DNA of 64,000 bases from the human T2T-CHM13v2.0 reference genome, Homo sapiens, in assembly GCF_009914755.1 (NCBI RefSeq), contig NC_060926.1; one strand, 5' to 3'. Within the stretch, counting starts at the first letter, position 1, and every line of letters begins with the position of its first letter. Positions 38,307 to 55,120 of this stretch are shown piece by piece. Under the pieces are notes generated by a model. It was not told the DNA's origin, did not search any database, and saw nothing but the letters and a program-made list of their open reading frames with translations. The position numbers and the translations under genes are program-made.

Positions 38307-39916
38307 TAATGTACTACAGCCTTGTGCCCCTGGGCTTAAGTGATCCTCCCACCTCAGCCTCTTGAGTAGCTGTGACTACAGGTGCATGCTGCCTCACCTG
38401 GGTGCTGTTTTTTAGTAGTATTTATTCTGTTTTTTCATTTATTATTATTATTTTTTTGAGATGGAGTCTTGCTCTGTCATCCAGGGTGTAGTGCAGTGGT
38501 GTGATCTTGACTTACTGCAACCTCTGTCTCCTGGGTCAAGCAATTCTCATGCCTCAGCCACCTGAGTAGCTGGGATTACAGGCATGCACCACCACACCTG
38601 GATAATTTTTGTATTTTTAGTAGAGATGGGGTTTCACCATGTTGGCCAGGCGGTCTCAAACTACTGACCTCAAGTGATGCTGCCCCACTTTGCCTCCCAA
38701 AGTGCTAGGATTACAGGCATGAGCCACCATACCCAGCAGTGTATTTATTCTAATACGATTAGTTGTATCATGAAACAATTAGAGTGCTCTCTGTTTATAT
38801 TGTGTATATAGTTTCATCTCACCGCTGCCACCCCGCCCCCTCCCAGGGAGACTTGCTTGAGTGAGGTTGCAGCTCTGGCAGGAGCAGTTGGGGAATATGT
38901 TTTTTATAGCATCATTAGTAGCTTATTTAATTGACTGTTATTTTCTCATGTTGACCATTAGCCAAAGATCACTCTTCTTTGGATATGAGATATCCAGGCT
39001 ATTATTTTTCTGAAGAATTCAGTGTTTCCATCCTACTTTTTCCAGTCTCCTAAAGACTGGGACCCAAATGCTATGGTTAGAAGGTATTTAGTTTCTCAGT
39101 TTTGGCATAGATATCGAATCAGTTTTTCCAATAAAAATGTGTTTAACATTTTGTACACTTATACTACTACTATGCTTTTAGTAGGTAATACTGAAATGGT
39201 TATAATACTGTCCCTTGTTCTGTAAAAAAATATAGTACATTTTGAGAGAAAAACTTGATGTGAAAGTTTCCCTTCCATGATCAGTGATAGGGATCTTTCC
39301 TTGGCTCTTAATTTCTTATTTTCATATACTTATCTCTGCATGTGCCTTATTACTTATCCCTAACTATAAGCCCCTTAAGGGAATAAGAGATAAACCCCGT
39401 ATTACTTATCCCAAACTTAAGCCTGTTTTCCATCTTTGTACTATTTGCAACATGAAAAATTGTGTTTGAATTACTGAATGCACTAATTTATGTGAATGTT
39501 GTTTTAAATCCATAAAATGCAGAGAAGTGTTGGGTGATATTTTTCTTTTTGGTCAAGTGATGTTTTCTAAAAAATAATAGAAAGCATCTAATTGTTGAAT
39601 GAGTGGCATTGGTGCTAAGTTTTATGAGGCTTCTGGAGATGATATAACTGTGGACTGGGAAGTTGAGCAAGACTTTTCAGAGAAGGTGGGATTCAAGTTC
39701 TGTTAAGGAAGAATAGATGTTCCATGGTTAGGAATGGGAAGTGTATTCAGGTTGGAGGGAAGAGCTTGTGCACTGGTGGGGATACAGCATGTAGGGCAAA
39801 TTTAGAGACCAGTGAATGGGTCAGGTGTGCTCCAGTGGAGACTGTGCATGTGTGGGTGATTGACAGCAGAGTGGGCAAGTTGTGATTGAGCCTTATACTT
39901 GCCATGTGGCCTTTAG

Positions 39917-40598
<682 letters not shown>

Positions 40599-40698
40599 TA
40601 GATGTCAGTTTGATTCTTATGACGCCACTTCCCTTCTTTATACATCCCCTTCCCCACATCTTGTTTGGTATTTAATGGATTTCTCTTCTTTTCCAAAG

Positions 40699-40910
40699 GA
40701 TCTACCGCTACCAGTCTCATGACTATGCCTTCAGTAGTGTCGAAAAATTACTTCATGCTCTAGGAGGAGATGACTTCCTTGGAATGCTTAATCGAACACT
40801 TCTTGAAACCTTGCAAAAGGCCGGCTTTTCTGAGAAGTTCCTCAATGAAATGATTGCTCCTGTTATGAGGGTCAATTATGGCCAAAGCACGGACATCAAT
40901 GCCTTTGTGG
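40699..40910 (+). CDS. PCYOX1: PCYOX1 exon 4 (212 nt)
   Basis: ccaaag|G ATC TAC CGC...; [70 protein letters not shown]; donor G|gtaagc. Confidence 0.96.
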
Positions 40911-41099
40911 GTAAGCCAGGGCTTGAAACAGTGGTGGACATTAGTTCACAGAGGGGCTTACCTGATGCTATGGTGGTTCCTGACTTTAGGCTGTGGATTG
41001 GAGGCTACTTTTCTCTGTGAACCTCAGACATTGTTAGCAAAATTGTGCGTATGTAGATGTGCATTTTTAGGGGGAGAGGGTCTTTAGCTTTCATTAGTT

Positions 41100-41170
41100 C
41101 AGTAATTCTTAACTGGGGGAGATTTTGCTCCCAGGGGCCATTTAGCAATGTCTAGAGACATTTGGAGTAG
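41100..41170 (+). mobile_element. MER20 fragment
   Basis: cagtaattcttaactgggggagattttgctcccaggggccatttagcaatgtctagagacattt. Confidence 0.7.
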
Positions 41171-41253
41171 AACATGTAATTGGGAAGGGAGAGTGGGTAG
41201 AGAGCCTCTTACAAAAAGTCAGAATTAAAACACATTTTTCCTCCTATTGACAG

Positions 41254-41406
41254 GGGCGGTGTCACTGTCCTGTTCTGATTCTGGCCTTTGGGCAGTAGAA
41301 GGTGGCAATAAACTTGTTTGCTCAGGGCTTCTGCAGGCATCCAAAAGCAATCTTATATCTGGCTCAGTAATGTACATCGAGGAGAAAACAAAGACCAAGT
41401 ACACAG
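41254..41406 (+). CDS. PCYOX1: PCYOX1 exon 5 (153 nt)
   Basis: tgacag|GG GCG...; [51 protein letters not shown]; donor G|gtaagc. Confidence 0.96.
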
Positions 41407-41661
41407 GTAAGCTTGAATTTCTTATTGTTCCTGATATCCCCTGCAGAAAATGATTGCTCAGGGAGAAACACTTCTCTTCTGTCATCTCTTACTCAGTTCT
41501 AAAATGATGAAACTTGAAATTGTATATATTGTACCATGTAGAAATATTCCCCAATGGGCCAGGCACGGTGGCTCATGCCTGTAATCCCTGTACTTTGGGA
41601 GGCCAAGGAGGGTGGATCACCTGAGGTCAGGAGATCAAGACTAGCCTGGCCAACATAGTTA

Positions 41662-41979
<318 letters not shown>

Positions 41980-42471
41980 TCACTGCAAGCTCCGCCTCCC
42001 GGGTTCACGCCATTCTCCTGCCTCAGCGTCCCGAGTAGCTGGGACTATAGGCGCCTGCCTCAGCGTCCCGAGTAGCTGGGACTATAGGCGCCTGCCACCG
42101 CGCTCGGCTAATTTTTTGTATTTTTAGTAGAGACGGGGTTTCACCATGTTAGCCAGGATGGTCTCGATCTCCTGACCTCGTGATCCACCCACCTCGGCCT
42201 CCCAAAGTGCTGAGATTACAGGTGTGAGCCACCATGCCCGGCCGAAAGATAATCTTACCTTCAAAAGTAAAAATTCTGTATTTTGTACTTACTGACATTC
42301 TGAATAAGAAATTGGCCTCAATGTAATAAAAATGCAAGGGACAACTATCTTAAGGGATATAACTTCTTCAATTCTTTAGAATTATAGAGAAATTATGAAG
42401 AAGGTATACAATTATTTTTAGAAGGTATGTTAGAAACACTAAACAAATATATGCCTCCTTATTTCCTCTAG

Positions 42472-43130
42472 GAAATCCAACAAAGATGTATGAAGTGGTC
42501 TACCAAATTGGAACTGAGACTCGTTCAGACTTCTATGACATCGTCTTGGTGGCCACTCCGTTGAATCGAAAAATGTCGAATATTACTTTTCTCAACTTTG
42601 ATCCTCCAATTGAGGAATTCCATCAATATTATCAACATATAGTGACAACTTTAGTTAAGGGGGAATTGAATACATCTATCTTTAGCTCTAGACCCATAGA
42701 TAAATTTGGCCTTAATACAGTTTTAACCACTGATAATTCAGATTTGTTCATTAACAGTATTGGGATTGTGCCCTCTGTGAGAGAAAAGGAAGATCCTGAG
42801 CCATCAACAGATGGAACATATGTTTGGAAGATCTTTTCCCAAGAAACTCTTACTAAAGCACAAATTTTAAAGCTCTTTCTGTCCTATGATTATGCTGTGA
42901 AGAAGCCATGGCTTGCATATCCTCACTATAAGCCCCCGGAGAAATGCCCCTCTATCATTCTCCATGATCGACTTTATTACCTCAATGGCATAGAGTGTGC
43001 AGCAAGTGCCATGGAGATGAGTGCCATTGCAGCCCACAACGCTGCACTCCTTGCCTATCACCGCTGGAACGGGCACACAGACATGATTGATCAGGATGGC
43101 TTATATGAGAAACTTAAAACTGAACTATGA
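42472..43130 (+). CDS. PCYOX1: PCYOX1 exon 6 coding part (659 nt)
   Basis: ctctag|GA AAT CCA...; continues into the 214-aa ORF ending LYEKLKTEL*. The six exons sum to 1518 nt = 505 aa + stop. Confidence 0.97.
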
Positions 43131-43242
43131 AGTGACACACTCCTTTTTCCCCTCCTAGTTCCAAATGACTATCAGTGGCAAAAAAGAACAAAATCTGAGC
43201 AGAGATGATTTTGAACCAGATATTTTGCCATTATCATTGTTT

Positions 43243-43248
43243 AATAAA
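43243..43248 (+). terminator. PCYOX1 proximal polyadenylation signal
   Basis: AATAAA about 110 nt after the stop codon; usage is inferred. Confidence 0.55.
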
Positions 43249-43360
43249 AGTAATCCCTGCTGGTCATAGGAAAACACACGGTTCTAATTAAGTGTGAAGG
43301 TATAGCTATTGCACTTAATGCCATCTCCAAAATTTCTTAAGTATTCTTTCACTATCCATT

Positions 43361-43640
43361 AGGAGTTTTTCTTAAACTTGTCTGATAATAAGAATCACCT
43401 GGAGTTAGGAGGTGGTGGTTGCAGTGAGCCAATCTCACCATTGCACTTCAGCCTGAGCAACACGAGCAAAACTCCGTCTCAAAAGTAAATAAAAATAATC
43501 ACCTGGAGTTTGTTAAACCATATGGATTCTCAGGCTCCTCTCTTGAAGATTCTGATTCAGTAGGTCTGGGAGTGGCGCCCTGGATTTTGATCAAAATTGT
43601 AGAGCATTTTAAGGTGAGTACCTGAGGGAGAACTTAAAGA
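43361..43640 (+). mobile_element. MER5-type relic in the PCYOX1 3'UTR, split by a short Alu 3' fragment
   Basis: agaatcacctggag...gattctgattcagtaggtctggg; AATCACCTGGAGTT is repeated on both sides of the Alu piece (about 43405-43495). Similar MER5 relics near 43950-44080, 46165-46335 and 53370-53522. Confidence 0.7.
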
Positions 43641-44631
43641 CATCTTAGTTGGGGAGTAGTCCTTTTGAATTTTACAGCTAGATATAATCTTCAGTCAGAT
43701 AAAATTTATGGGAGCTGGTGTCTTATGCCTGACTCTTAGTAATTTCATACCGGTTTGAAGTACGTGTGCCCATGCCTAAAGCCTTGACTTTCAGAATGTT
43801 GTCTTTTGATTCTTCTGTCTTGATTTGATTAGGGGTGAAATTTAGAAGTCTTAGTAATGTAACTTGAAGATGTTAAACAAAAATCTCAAGTAAAATGAAA
43901 AGCAAATATGGGCTACTGAATTAAGAAACTGGCATTCTAGTATTAAATCCTCACTTCAGGAGCTTTTAAAAATACTGAGACCCCCCCATAACCAGAGATT
44001 CAGATTCAAAGACTGAGGATAGGACCTTAGCATTGTAGCTATTTAAAGTTTCTAATGTGCACCCAGGGTTGGGAATCACCAATGTGGGTGTGAAAATGCC
44101 TACAAAGGGTTTTAGTGCCTTAGAAGTCCTAAGAAGCCCAATCTGTATCAAAGCAGATCCATTTTGCAAGGATCTTTCTTTTAGAACTTTCTCAGTTCTC
44201 TTAGTAAGAACTTTAGAAGTAATCTTGATAATAAGCACAGACAGCCTAACAGCAGAGGCAACTTAAATAACTCCTGAGCAGTTGGCACTAGAACAGAATA
44301 CTTGGAATGACACCAAAGTTAACCAAGTCCAGCATATGTCCAAAGAGTTAAGTGTTTCATTTACTGTAGCATTCTGGGTGAGAAATTGGTTGCTGAAATC
44401 TTAAGACAGTGGTCTCAACCTTGGCTGCACATTGGAATCACCTGTAGGGTTTTAAAGCATCCAAATGGTAATTAACAGGCAGCAAAACTTCAGAACTAGT
44501 TCTGCATCTACTGTGCAAAGATCATGATTAACTGTCAAGACACTGGTAGAACAGAACAAGCAAAAGATTAAGAGTTCAAAAGTAAATGCAACCAATTTAA
44601 CATGTAGTGTTATTAAAAAATTACAAAGGCC

Positions 44632-45854
<1,223 letters not shown>

Positions 45855-46901
45855 TCAAACCTACTCTGGATAAATTTTCCAGTAGGGCATCTGAAATTGC
45901 TTTGGCAAAAGCAAAACAGGTTATCAATACACCAAGGACATCAAGTAGTTTTAATGCAACTACAGTGTTGAGTGCTTTTTTACTGGGAGAAAAATCCTAG
46001 CAGAACCTGCTACTCTGGGCGCATTAGGTAGTTTTATGCAACTATAGTATTAAGAGTTTTATTGGAAGAAAAAACACTGTCAGAGCTTACTGCTCCAGAC
46101 CTTTTTTTTTAATAGAAGAGACTGGTAAAAATGATGCAGGGGCTGAATGAAAGCCAGCTCTGCTCCAGTGGCTCTCTGAGTTGAGCATGCATCAGTTACC
46201 TTAAGGGCTTGTTAAAACATCGCTAGGCTCCACCCTGTTTATTCAATAAGTTTGTTATGGGATATAAGAAGATGCATTTTATTAAGTTCCCCAGTGATGC
46301 TGCTGTTCTACTATAGGAACCACACTTGAAGAACTAGTTCTACAATTCAGCTGTATGTTGTAAAGGAGTCAAGTCAATGAAGGAGTTATAAAGAGTTGCT
46401 GAAAAATGGAGTAACAGTGTATGGGACTTCACATCAGTTCTCCTTATTGATTGTTAGTTTGATCCCTCTTGTTCTTTTGTTGTAAACATTTTCTATAATT
46501 AGGAAATGCCATTTAAGAGTGAGAGAGGTATATATCTATGAGCCATTGTGTTTGGTGTTTTACAAGAACTTTACCATACTGGTGTGTAGTCCATTCTGTA
46601 CAGTTTAAAAGTGATTCACGATTTGCAGGCTTTTTATCAGATCACAAAAAAATCAGTCTTTAAGCATTTGCTTGGTAAGGTTTCTTAAGATTAGGTTTAT
46701 AATACAACCATCTGTAATGTATCTCTCGTTTGAGCTTGTGGGCCATACAATTCATTAACTAGATGAATACATTGTGGACAGCATCCTCACTACCCCTCTC
46801 TACTCACTCACAAAGAACCATGATACACTGGAATGTTTTTCTCTGGAATCCTCTTTCTACTCTTGTATTAAAATTTTTCCCCACTTCATGATTATATTCA
46901 A

Positions 46902-46907
46902 AATAAA
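46902..46907 (+). terminator. PCYOX1 distal polyadenylation signal
   Basis: AATAAA (plus ATTAAA at 46867-46872) followed about 20 nt later by a U/GU-rich tract (cttcttgtcttttgcttctgttgt). Confidence 0.75.
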
Positions 46908-47258
46908 CAACTACATCATTACTTCTTGTCTTTTGCTTCTGTTGTACTATATTTGGAATGTAGATGTACTTGGGAAAGTCAGACTAGATCAAAGTTACTA
47001 TTCTTACAAGTTTTGAAAATTAGTGTTTTAGAAGAAACTCACTCATGTTTGTAACTTCTTTATCTGTTCAGTGTTGAAAGATGATGGACAGAAGGAATCC
47101 TTGCCATGTTTCACATTTAATAAGATTCTTTCACTTTAATGCATAAAACCCTTTGAAATCAATGTCAACCAGGAAAATTCATGTTAGAAAAAACTGGAAT
47201 GAGAGCTGATATTCTATATTCAGAACATCTGAGAAAGCATTTTTGACTATTACAAAAG

Positions 47259-47264
47259 TTTATT
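47259..47264 (-). terminator. SNRPG polyadenylation signal
   Basis: AATAAA on the minus strand about 105 nt after the stop, with UGUA elements upstream; further ATTAAA at 47135-47140 and 47116-47121. Confidence 0.75.
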
Positions 47265-47369
47265 TAACAAAAAGTCTAATATGAAAATGTACATGACCTA
47301 ATTTTTACATCATAGTAAAACAGGCCCTATGGAGAGAGGACATGGGTTTCTCTGCTGAACAGCCATTAT

Positions 47370-47420
47370 TTATACTCGTTCCAAGGCTTCTAACATGATG
47401 ATACTATTTCCTCGTATTAC
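47370..47420 (-). CDS. SNRPG: SNRPG exon 4 coding part (51 nt; Sm2 motif)
   Basis: tttcttag|GTAATACGAGGA...GTATAA = VIRGNSIIMLEALERV* (IRG Sm2 motif). Confidence 0.96.
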   Translation of the reverse strand, partial: VIRGNSIIMLEALERV

Positions 47421-48513
47421 CTAAGAAAGAGAAAAATAAATTTGAAAAGAACAACTCAGGTAACAGACATAACTATGATGATTTAAGAATTTTCACCAAA
47501 TCATTAATGGTTTTTTAATATTACATGTCGGTTTGCAAAGCTTTGTTCAAGCCACAGGGACACCAAACAACTCTAAGCCCTTTATACGACAGACATCTTT
47601 TGGATTTAAGGCTAACAATTTGCTTTATGAGATTCTAATGCCAAGTCTCCAATGACTAATTTCACCTTTTTTTTTGAGACAGTCTCACTCTGTTGCCCAG
47701 GCTAGAGTGTAGTGGCGCAATCTCGGCTCACTGCAGCCTCTGCCACCCAGGTTCAAGCAATTCTGCTTCAGCCTCCCAAGTAGCTAGGATTACAGGAGCC
47801 CTGACCACGCCCAGCTAATTTTTATATTTTTGGTAGAGACGGGGTTTCACCATGTTGGCCAGGCTGGTGTCAAACTCCTGACCTCAAGTAATCTGCTTGC
47901 CTCAGCCTCACAAAGTGCTGGGATTACAGGCGTGAGCTACTACGCCTGGCCCTAATTTCACCTTCTAAAATGCAGGACTCAAATTTAAATGCCCATCCCT
48001 GACTCTATGGGATCCAAAAATTAATGAGTAAAATATGTACAGTAGAGTATGTTAGGTACAGTTTGGAGGTATGAGATCATTTAGGGAAGAAACCAGGATG
48101 GGAAATTGTGAAAGGCATGCTTTATGAAAATGACATTTTACCTGGGTCTTGGAAATTGGGCAGAATTTTGAAAAGGAGATTGTAGGAAATTCTAGACAGA
48201 ACTAAGATGAAGACAAAGTATGAGAGGATAAGGAAGTAATCTAATTTGAATGCAGTAAAAAGTTCACGAAGAGAATCAGGAAACAAAGATAGTTGGCATT
48301 CAATCTTGGAAAGCTTCAAATGCCAATCTTAGTGTTTGGAGGACATCAGAAACTAACAATGAGCCAGTGAGAGTTTCACTTGGGGGAATGACAACCATAA
48401 GTGTCCCTGCAACAAGATATTATATAAATACGCCGAAGTTTGAATAGGACAGAACCTAGAGGCAGAAAGAGAAGTTATAAAAAAAAGGCCCTAGGAGAAC
48501 AGTGCTTGACCTA

Positions 48514-48663
<150 letters not shown>

Positions 48664-48831
48664 CTACTAAAAATAAAAAATTAGCCGGGTGTGGTGGCAC
48701 ATGCCTGTAATCCCAGCTACTCAGGAGGCTGAGGCAGGAGAAATCACTTGAACCCGGGAGGCGGAGGTTGCGGTAAGCCAAGATAGCGCCACTGCACTCC
48801 AGCCTGGGCAACGAGCGAAACTGTCTTTTGT

Positions 48832-48864
<33 letters not shown>

Positions 48865-49908
48865 AACAACAAACCAAAACCAAAACAAACCAACAGACAA
48901 ACTTATCAGAGTATAGATGAATCAGCTGGTAAATGAATTCAAGAGGGGTAGAAAAATAAGCGAAACTGGAAGGCTAGGGGACTAAAAACAGTAAGTCCCT
49001 AATAGACTGGAGATCATCATAATCGATAGATCACCCATCAGTCAAGTAGAATTGGATAGGTGAATGGAGGGGTACGGGAGGGAAAGAATAGGTAATGTAG
49101 GGGAGAGAAAGGTAATGTAATAATTTGAGGTGTTTATTAGAAATGGAGGCATTCCAAAAAGATTCAAAGTGGAGCTATGCTTATAGGCAGCTAGAGTAAA
49201 AGTAGTTGTAACTTATTCTTTTCTCACAGTATCATGCTTGTTTTATTTACACATACGCTATGATTTATTGTGTTCTCCATACAAATGTAAATTTTATGAG
49301 GGCAGGGACTTAGGTGCAAAACCCCAGTGCCTAAAATAGTAGCAGGCACACAGAGGGCTCAATAACCTGGTAAATATGAATAAAAGAACTCACATGTGAT
49401 TACTGCAGCTGACAGAATAGAAGGGAACACAATTGGTAGGATAAGTGTCTTGGAACCTGGCAGCCAATTATCAGCAATGAGTATGATAAGGTAGTAAAGA
49501 GCAGATTTAAAAAAGAATGGCTGGGCATGGTGGCTCACGCCTATAATCTCAGCATTTTGAGAGGCCCAGGTGGGCAGATAGCTTGAGCCCAGGAGTTTGA
49601 GACCAGCCTGGGCAACATGGTAAAACCCTGTCTCTACAAAAATACAAAAATTAGCTGAGGGTGGTGGTGCACACCTGTGGTTCCAGCTACTCGGGAGGCT
49701 GAGGTGGAAGGATCAACTGAGCCCAGGGAGGTTGAGACCACAGTGAACCAAGCTCCATGCTACTGCACTCCGGCCTCGGTGACAGAGTGAGACCTTATCT
49801 CAAACCAACAACAAAAACCAGTAAACACAGTGCCCTGAAAATGACAATGGGAACTGAAAGAGTCTAAAGATTGACACTCTTCTTCTAAGTTAACAGAGCT
49901 CCCCTCCA

Positions 49909-50072
49909 TTTTTTTGAGACTGGGACTAGCTATGCTGACCAGGCTGCAGTGCAGTGGCTATTCACATGCACAATCACTGCACACTGCATCCTCGAACTCC
50001 TAGGCTCAAGTGGTTCTCCTGCCTCTGCCTCCTGAGTAGCTGGGACTATAGGCGCACATCACCATGCCCAGC
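49909..50072 (-). repeat. FAM-type fossil Alu monomer
   Basis: Keeps the 7SL-derived gtgcagtggctattcaca segment absent from dimeric Alus; a similar monomer lies at about 38255-38402. Confidence 0.7.
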
Positions 50073-50129
50073 ATAAGCCAGGAGTAGAAACATGCTTACC
50101 TAGTTATCAGAATTTTATTTTCATTTTAA

Positions 50130-50489
<360 letters not shown>

Positions 50490-50593
50490 TGACCAAAGCA
50501 AGAAAAGCTAGCCTTCCTGCCTAGCTCCCTGCTAAATTTACATATTTGTCTTGTCACATAATATTTAGAAAATAAGGCTAAATGGTGAACTTT

Positions 50594-51514
<921 letters not shown>

Positions 51515-53811
51515 TCAATGATGCTACAGAAGGACAACCCTAGCAAGAGTGCCTGAACTATGTAACATAATAAAAAGTAAGATAGAGGCGATGCCACTGA
51601 CAACTCTGGGGATGTCTCAGAAGATAGTTGAGATTTATCATTAGGTAACGATCCAACTGACAGGTTAAAAACAAACTCACTCCTGAAAACAAACACATCC
51701 TTTTTGAGACAGGATCTCGCTTTGTCACAAAGATTGGAGTGCAGTAGTGTGATCTCAGCTCACTGCAGCTTTGACTTCCTGCCTCAGCCTCCTGAGTAGC
51801 TGGGACTACAGGTGCACACCACCATGCCCGGCTAATTTTCTAATTTTTTTGTAGAGATGAGGTCTCACTATGTTGCCCAGGCTGATCTCAAACTCCTGGG
51901 CTCAAGTGATCCTCCTGCTTCAGCCTCTCGAAGTGCTGGGATTATAGATGTGAGCTACTGTGCCCAGCCAACACACACATAACTGCAATAAAACAGTATT
52001 AAGTAATTTCAATGGCCTCAATGGATCACTGACTTGGACAAGGTAATAATGAAGCCAACTGTCCTTTGTTAAACAACTTCTAACAAAATAACAAAACCTT
52101 AACCTATTTGTTTCCCTTCTTCCAACTTTAGAAAAGTCAAAAAGTTCATCTCTGTTCTTGCCTTTTAAAATGTCTTTTATTAAAGAAGTCTGATGTGTTA
52201 TTATTTCTTTTTCAAAGTGAAGACTCAGCAGCAAGAATTACTGTCTGCTGATAAAAACTTTTTTTTTTCTTTGGCTGGGGGTTGGGGGGCGTGTGTGTCA
52301 CATAAACCTCAGAGATGGAACAGGAGGCTGCCCAACACACTAAGTAGGTAATCATTACTTAAATGACTTGGGATGGCAGTGCTTTCAACCAATTTCTGTG
52401 CAAAGAAAATAAAGTCCATAAAGTTTAGGGGGAAAATTGCCAGAGGGATGCTCTATTCCTTCTCTGATAAAATTCCAATGAGCAGTGTGTTACATAATTC
52501 TCTAATCTTCTCAAAGCAGAATTGACAATTAGGTGCCAAGTTCTTCCTGAATCCTTTTCAGCAAATTTTTTGCAAGGAACTAAAAACCTAATCTACCTTC
52601 TATTAGAATGAAAATTTATTTGTAAAAATAAGGGCTGAGAGGAAAATCTTGGGGTATCTAGAAAATGTTTTTAAAAGGACTTGGCTACTAATCATGCTGG
52701 CAGCCTTATTCAACAGAAGCTCACAAGGGAATATACCTGAAAGACAAGTCAATTTACATGAAACTTGGGGGTACAGTGTGGTATCTGGAGACTCTAAACT
52801 GTTTTTTCAGTCATAACTATTGATTTGCTTTTCAAAATACAGTAATGAAAAAGTATCTGAAATAAGTAATAACACAAACCTTGGAAAGAATGGTATGTAA
52901 AAAAATTAAACAGGCAGAGATGTCAAAATAGGTCTATCTTCAACTTTACTGCTCAAACTTAAAAATCAAGGTTAATAAATCAAGGCTAATAATTAGCAAC
53001 TCTTACCACTCCTTGGAGGTCTTTATGCTTAATAATTTGCTAAAAGTAAGTTGTCCTTTTTGGTTCACCTTTTTCAAGAACTTTGGGCTTACCGCTTTAT
53101 TAGGTATGTTGTCCTGTGTTAGACAAAGAGGGACTCAAAGTCTGGGTATCAAAACTCTTCTTCAGCAATCACTAAAACTACGGCCCAATGAATGTAGGAA
53201 TGTTTAATCCTATGAGGGCTCAGTATGTGCTTATTTTTTCCTGCTTTTTCTCTCATGTGAATAACTGTCATTGTGATTATCCCTTGTAACTTTTACCTTG
53301 GCTACCTTAAAATTTTGGGTGTGGTAAACCAGAAAATCCAGGTTAACTATGTATACAAGTAAAATCAGAAAGTGTTACCTGTGAACTGGCAGATCTGCAT
53401 TAGGCATTAGTAGAAATGCAAAACCTTAATTAAGTTCTGCCCCATACCTACTGAAGTAGAATCTTCATTTTAAGAAGATTCCCTGGGGATTCATATACAC
53501 ATTAAGGTTTCAGAACTACTGCTCTAATGAAGGACCAACTATGAGCCTCTATTGCAGAATAAAGCTCAAAAAGGATTTCCAACAGCTATTTCAAGCGCTA
53601 GGACCTTAGGTTCTGTATAGTTGAGATCTTACCTACAGGTAACCAGGATATTACTACAGCTGAGTAACTGCCGTATGTTCAACTAAAAAGGAGATGGAAA
53701 GTCTAATCTTGCCTGTTATTTGCCATTTCTGGGGGTTACTAACCAGGAAAGTTAATACACATTCCAAAAGAAAAATGAAATCTCCAAGAGAACTCTTGTA
53801 TCTTTACTTAC

Positions 53812-53936
53812 CACCATTCCAATATTGTTCTGTTGTCCACTAGTCGCCATCTCCACACATTCATCTATCACAAGGTTCATAAAGGGATCAAATCCCCGCA
53901 ATATTCCTTGGACATGTCTGCCACCATTTAATTTCA
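53812..53936 (-). CDS. SNRPG: SNRPG exon 3 (125 nt; Sm1 motif)
   Basis: aatag|TGAAATTAAAT...GGAATGGTG|gtaagt; [42 protein letters not shown]. Confidence 0.97.
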
Positions 53937-54738
53937 CTATTAAAAAGAGAAAAAGAAGTTTTAGAAAAACATTCCATTAGCTACCAAGCATTCACTAAAA
54001 ATCAGGTGGGATAAAACACAAGTATTTGAGATGTCTGAAACCCACTATCCTTACTGTATGACAAGAACTGGGTTAAACATTTTTGTATTTACTTCCACAT
54101 TTTAATTTATAAGAATCCTAAAAAGTAGTATTATCCTTACTTTATAGGACAGAACTAAACTTCAGAGCTTTTTTAAAATTTTTATAAAGATGGGGGCTCC
54201 CTATGTTGCCCAGGCTGGTCTCGAACTCCTGGGCTCAAGGGATCCTCCCGCTTTGGCCTCCCAAAGTGCTGGGGGATTATAGGTGTAAACCACCGTGCCC
54301 GAGCTTTTAAGTAACTGGGTTCATGGTTATACAGCTACTGTACGACAGAAGTGAGATTCAAGCTGAAGGCTGCTTACCTCTAACGCTCATGGTTTTTTCC
54401 CCTACATATATTTCAAGTACTGTGTGGGTCAGATTTTTAGATAAATTGAACAAATGTTATTCCTACATATTCCCAAGAAACAAGATAACTGTTCCTTGTC
54501 TAAGTCCTTTGTAGCTTGTTTAAAGAAAAAAGGTTGATAAATCCTGTTAATTTTGCCAAAGTGAGGAAGGGCTTACATAAGATAAAGTCTGAAGTGCTGT
54601 TAAATTAATTAATTATCAGAAATTAGGTAAATAAAATTGTCTAGTTAGGATTAAGTAATCTGCTTAACTAACGGATGTGAATTAGAGGTCCTGTGTGCTT
54701 TAAATTTTTTTTTTTTGAGACGGAGTCTAGCTCTATAG

Positions 54739-54906
<168 letters not shown>

Positions 54907-55097
54907 TAGCCAGGATGGTCTTGATCTCCTGATCTCACGATCCGCCTGCCTCGGCCTCCCAAAGTGCTGGGATTACAGCCGTGAGCCATCGCGCCTGGCT
55001 GCTTTAAATTTTTATAAAGTTGCTCCAAACATTGCTAAGACACATGTAAAAAGCAATTAAATAATTAAAAAAAACCCCAAAACAACAACAAACTTAC

Positions 55098-55120
55098 ATG
55101 ATAACTTCTTGTCCATAAAT
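55098..55120 (-). CDS. SNRPG: SNRPG exon 2 (23-nt microexon)
   Basis: tttcag|ATTTATGGACAAGAAGTTATCAT|gtaagt = (K)FMDKKLS(L); phases match exons 1 and 3. Confidence 0.95.

Noticed and set aside
42867-43076. 69-aa antisense ORF within PCYOX1 exon 6
   Set aside because: A short shadow frame of a real coding exon with no independent support.
47415-47422. AG|GTAATA at the SNRPG last-exon acceptor, resembling a recursive splice site
   Set aside because: The donor match is weak, the bases are explained by Val-Ile codons, and no downstream exon is evident.
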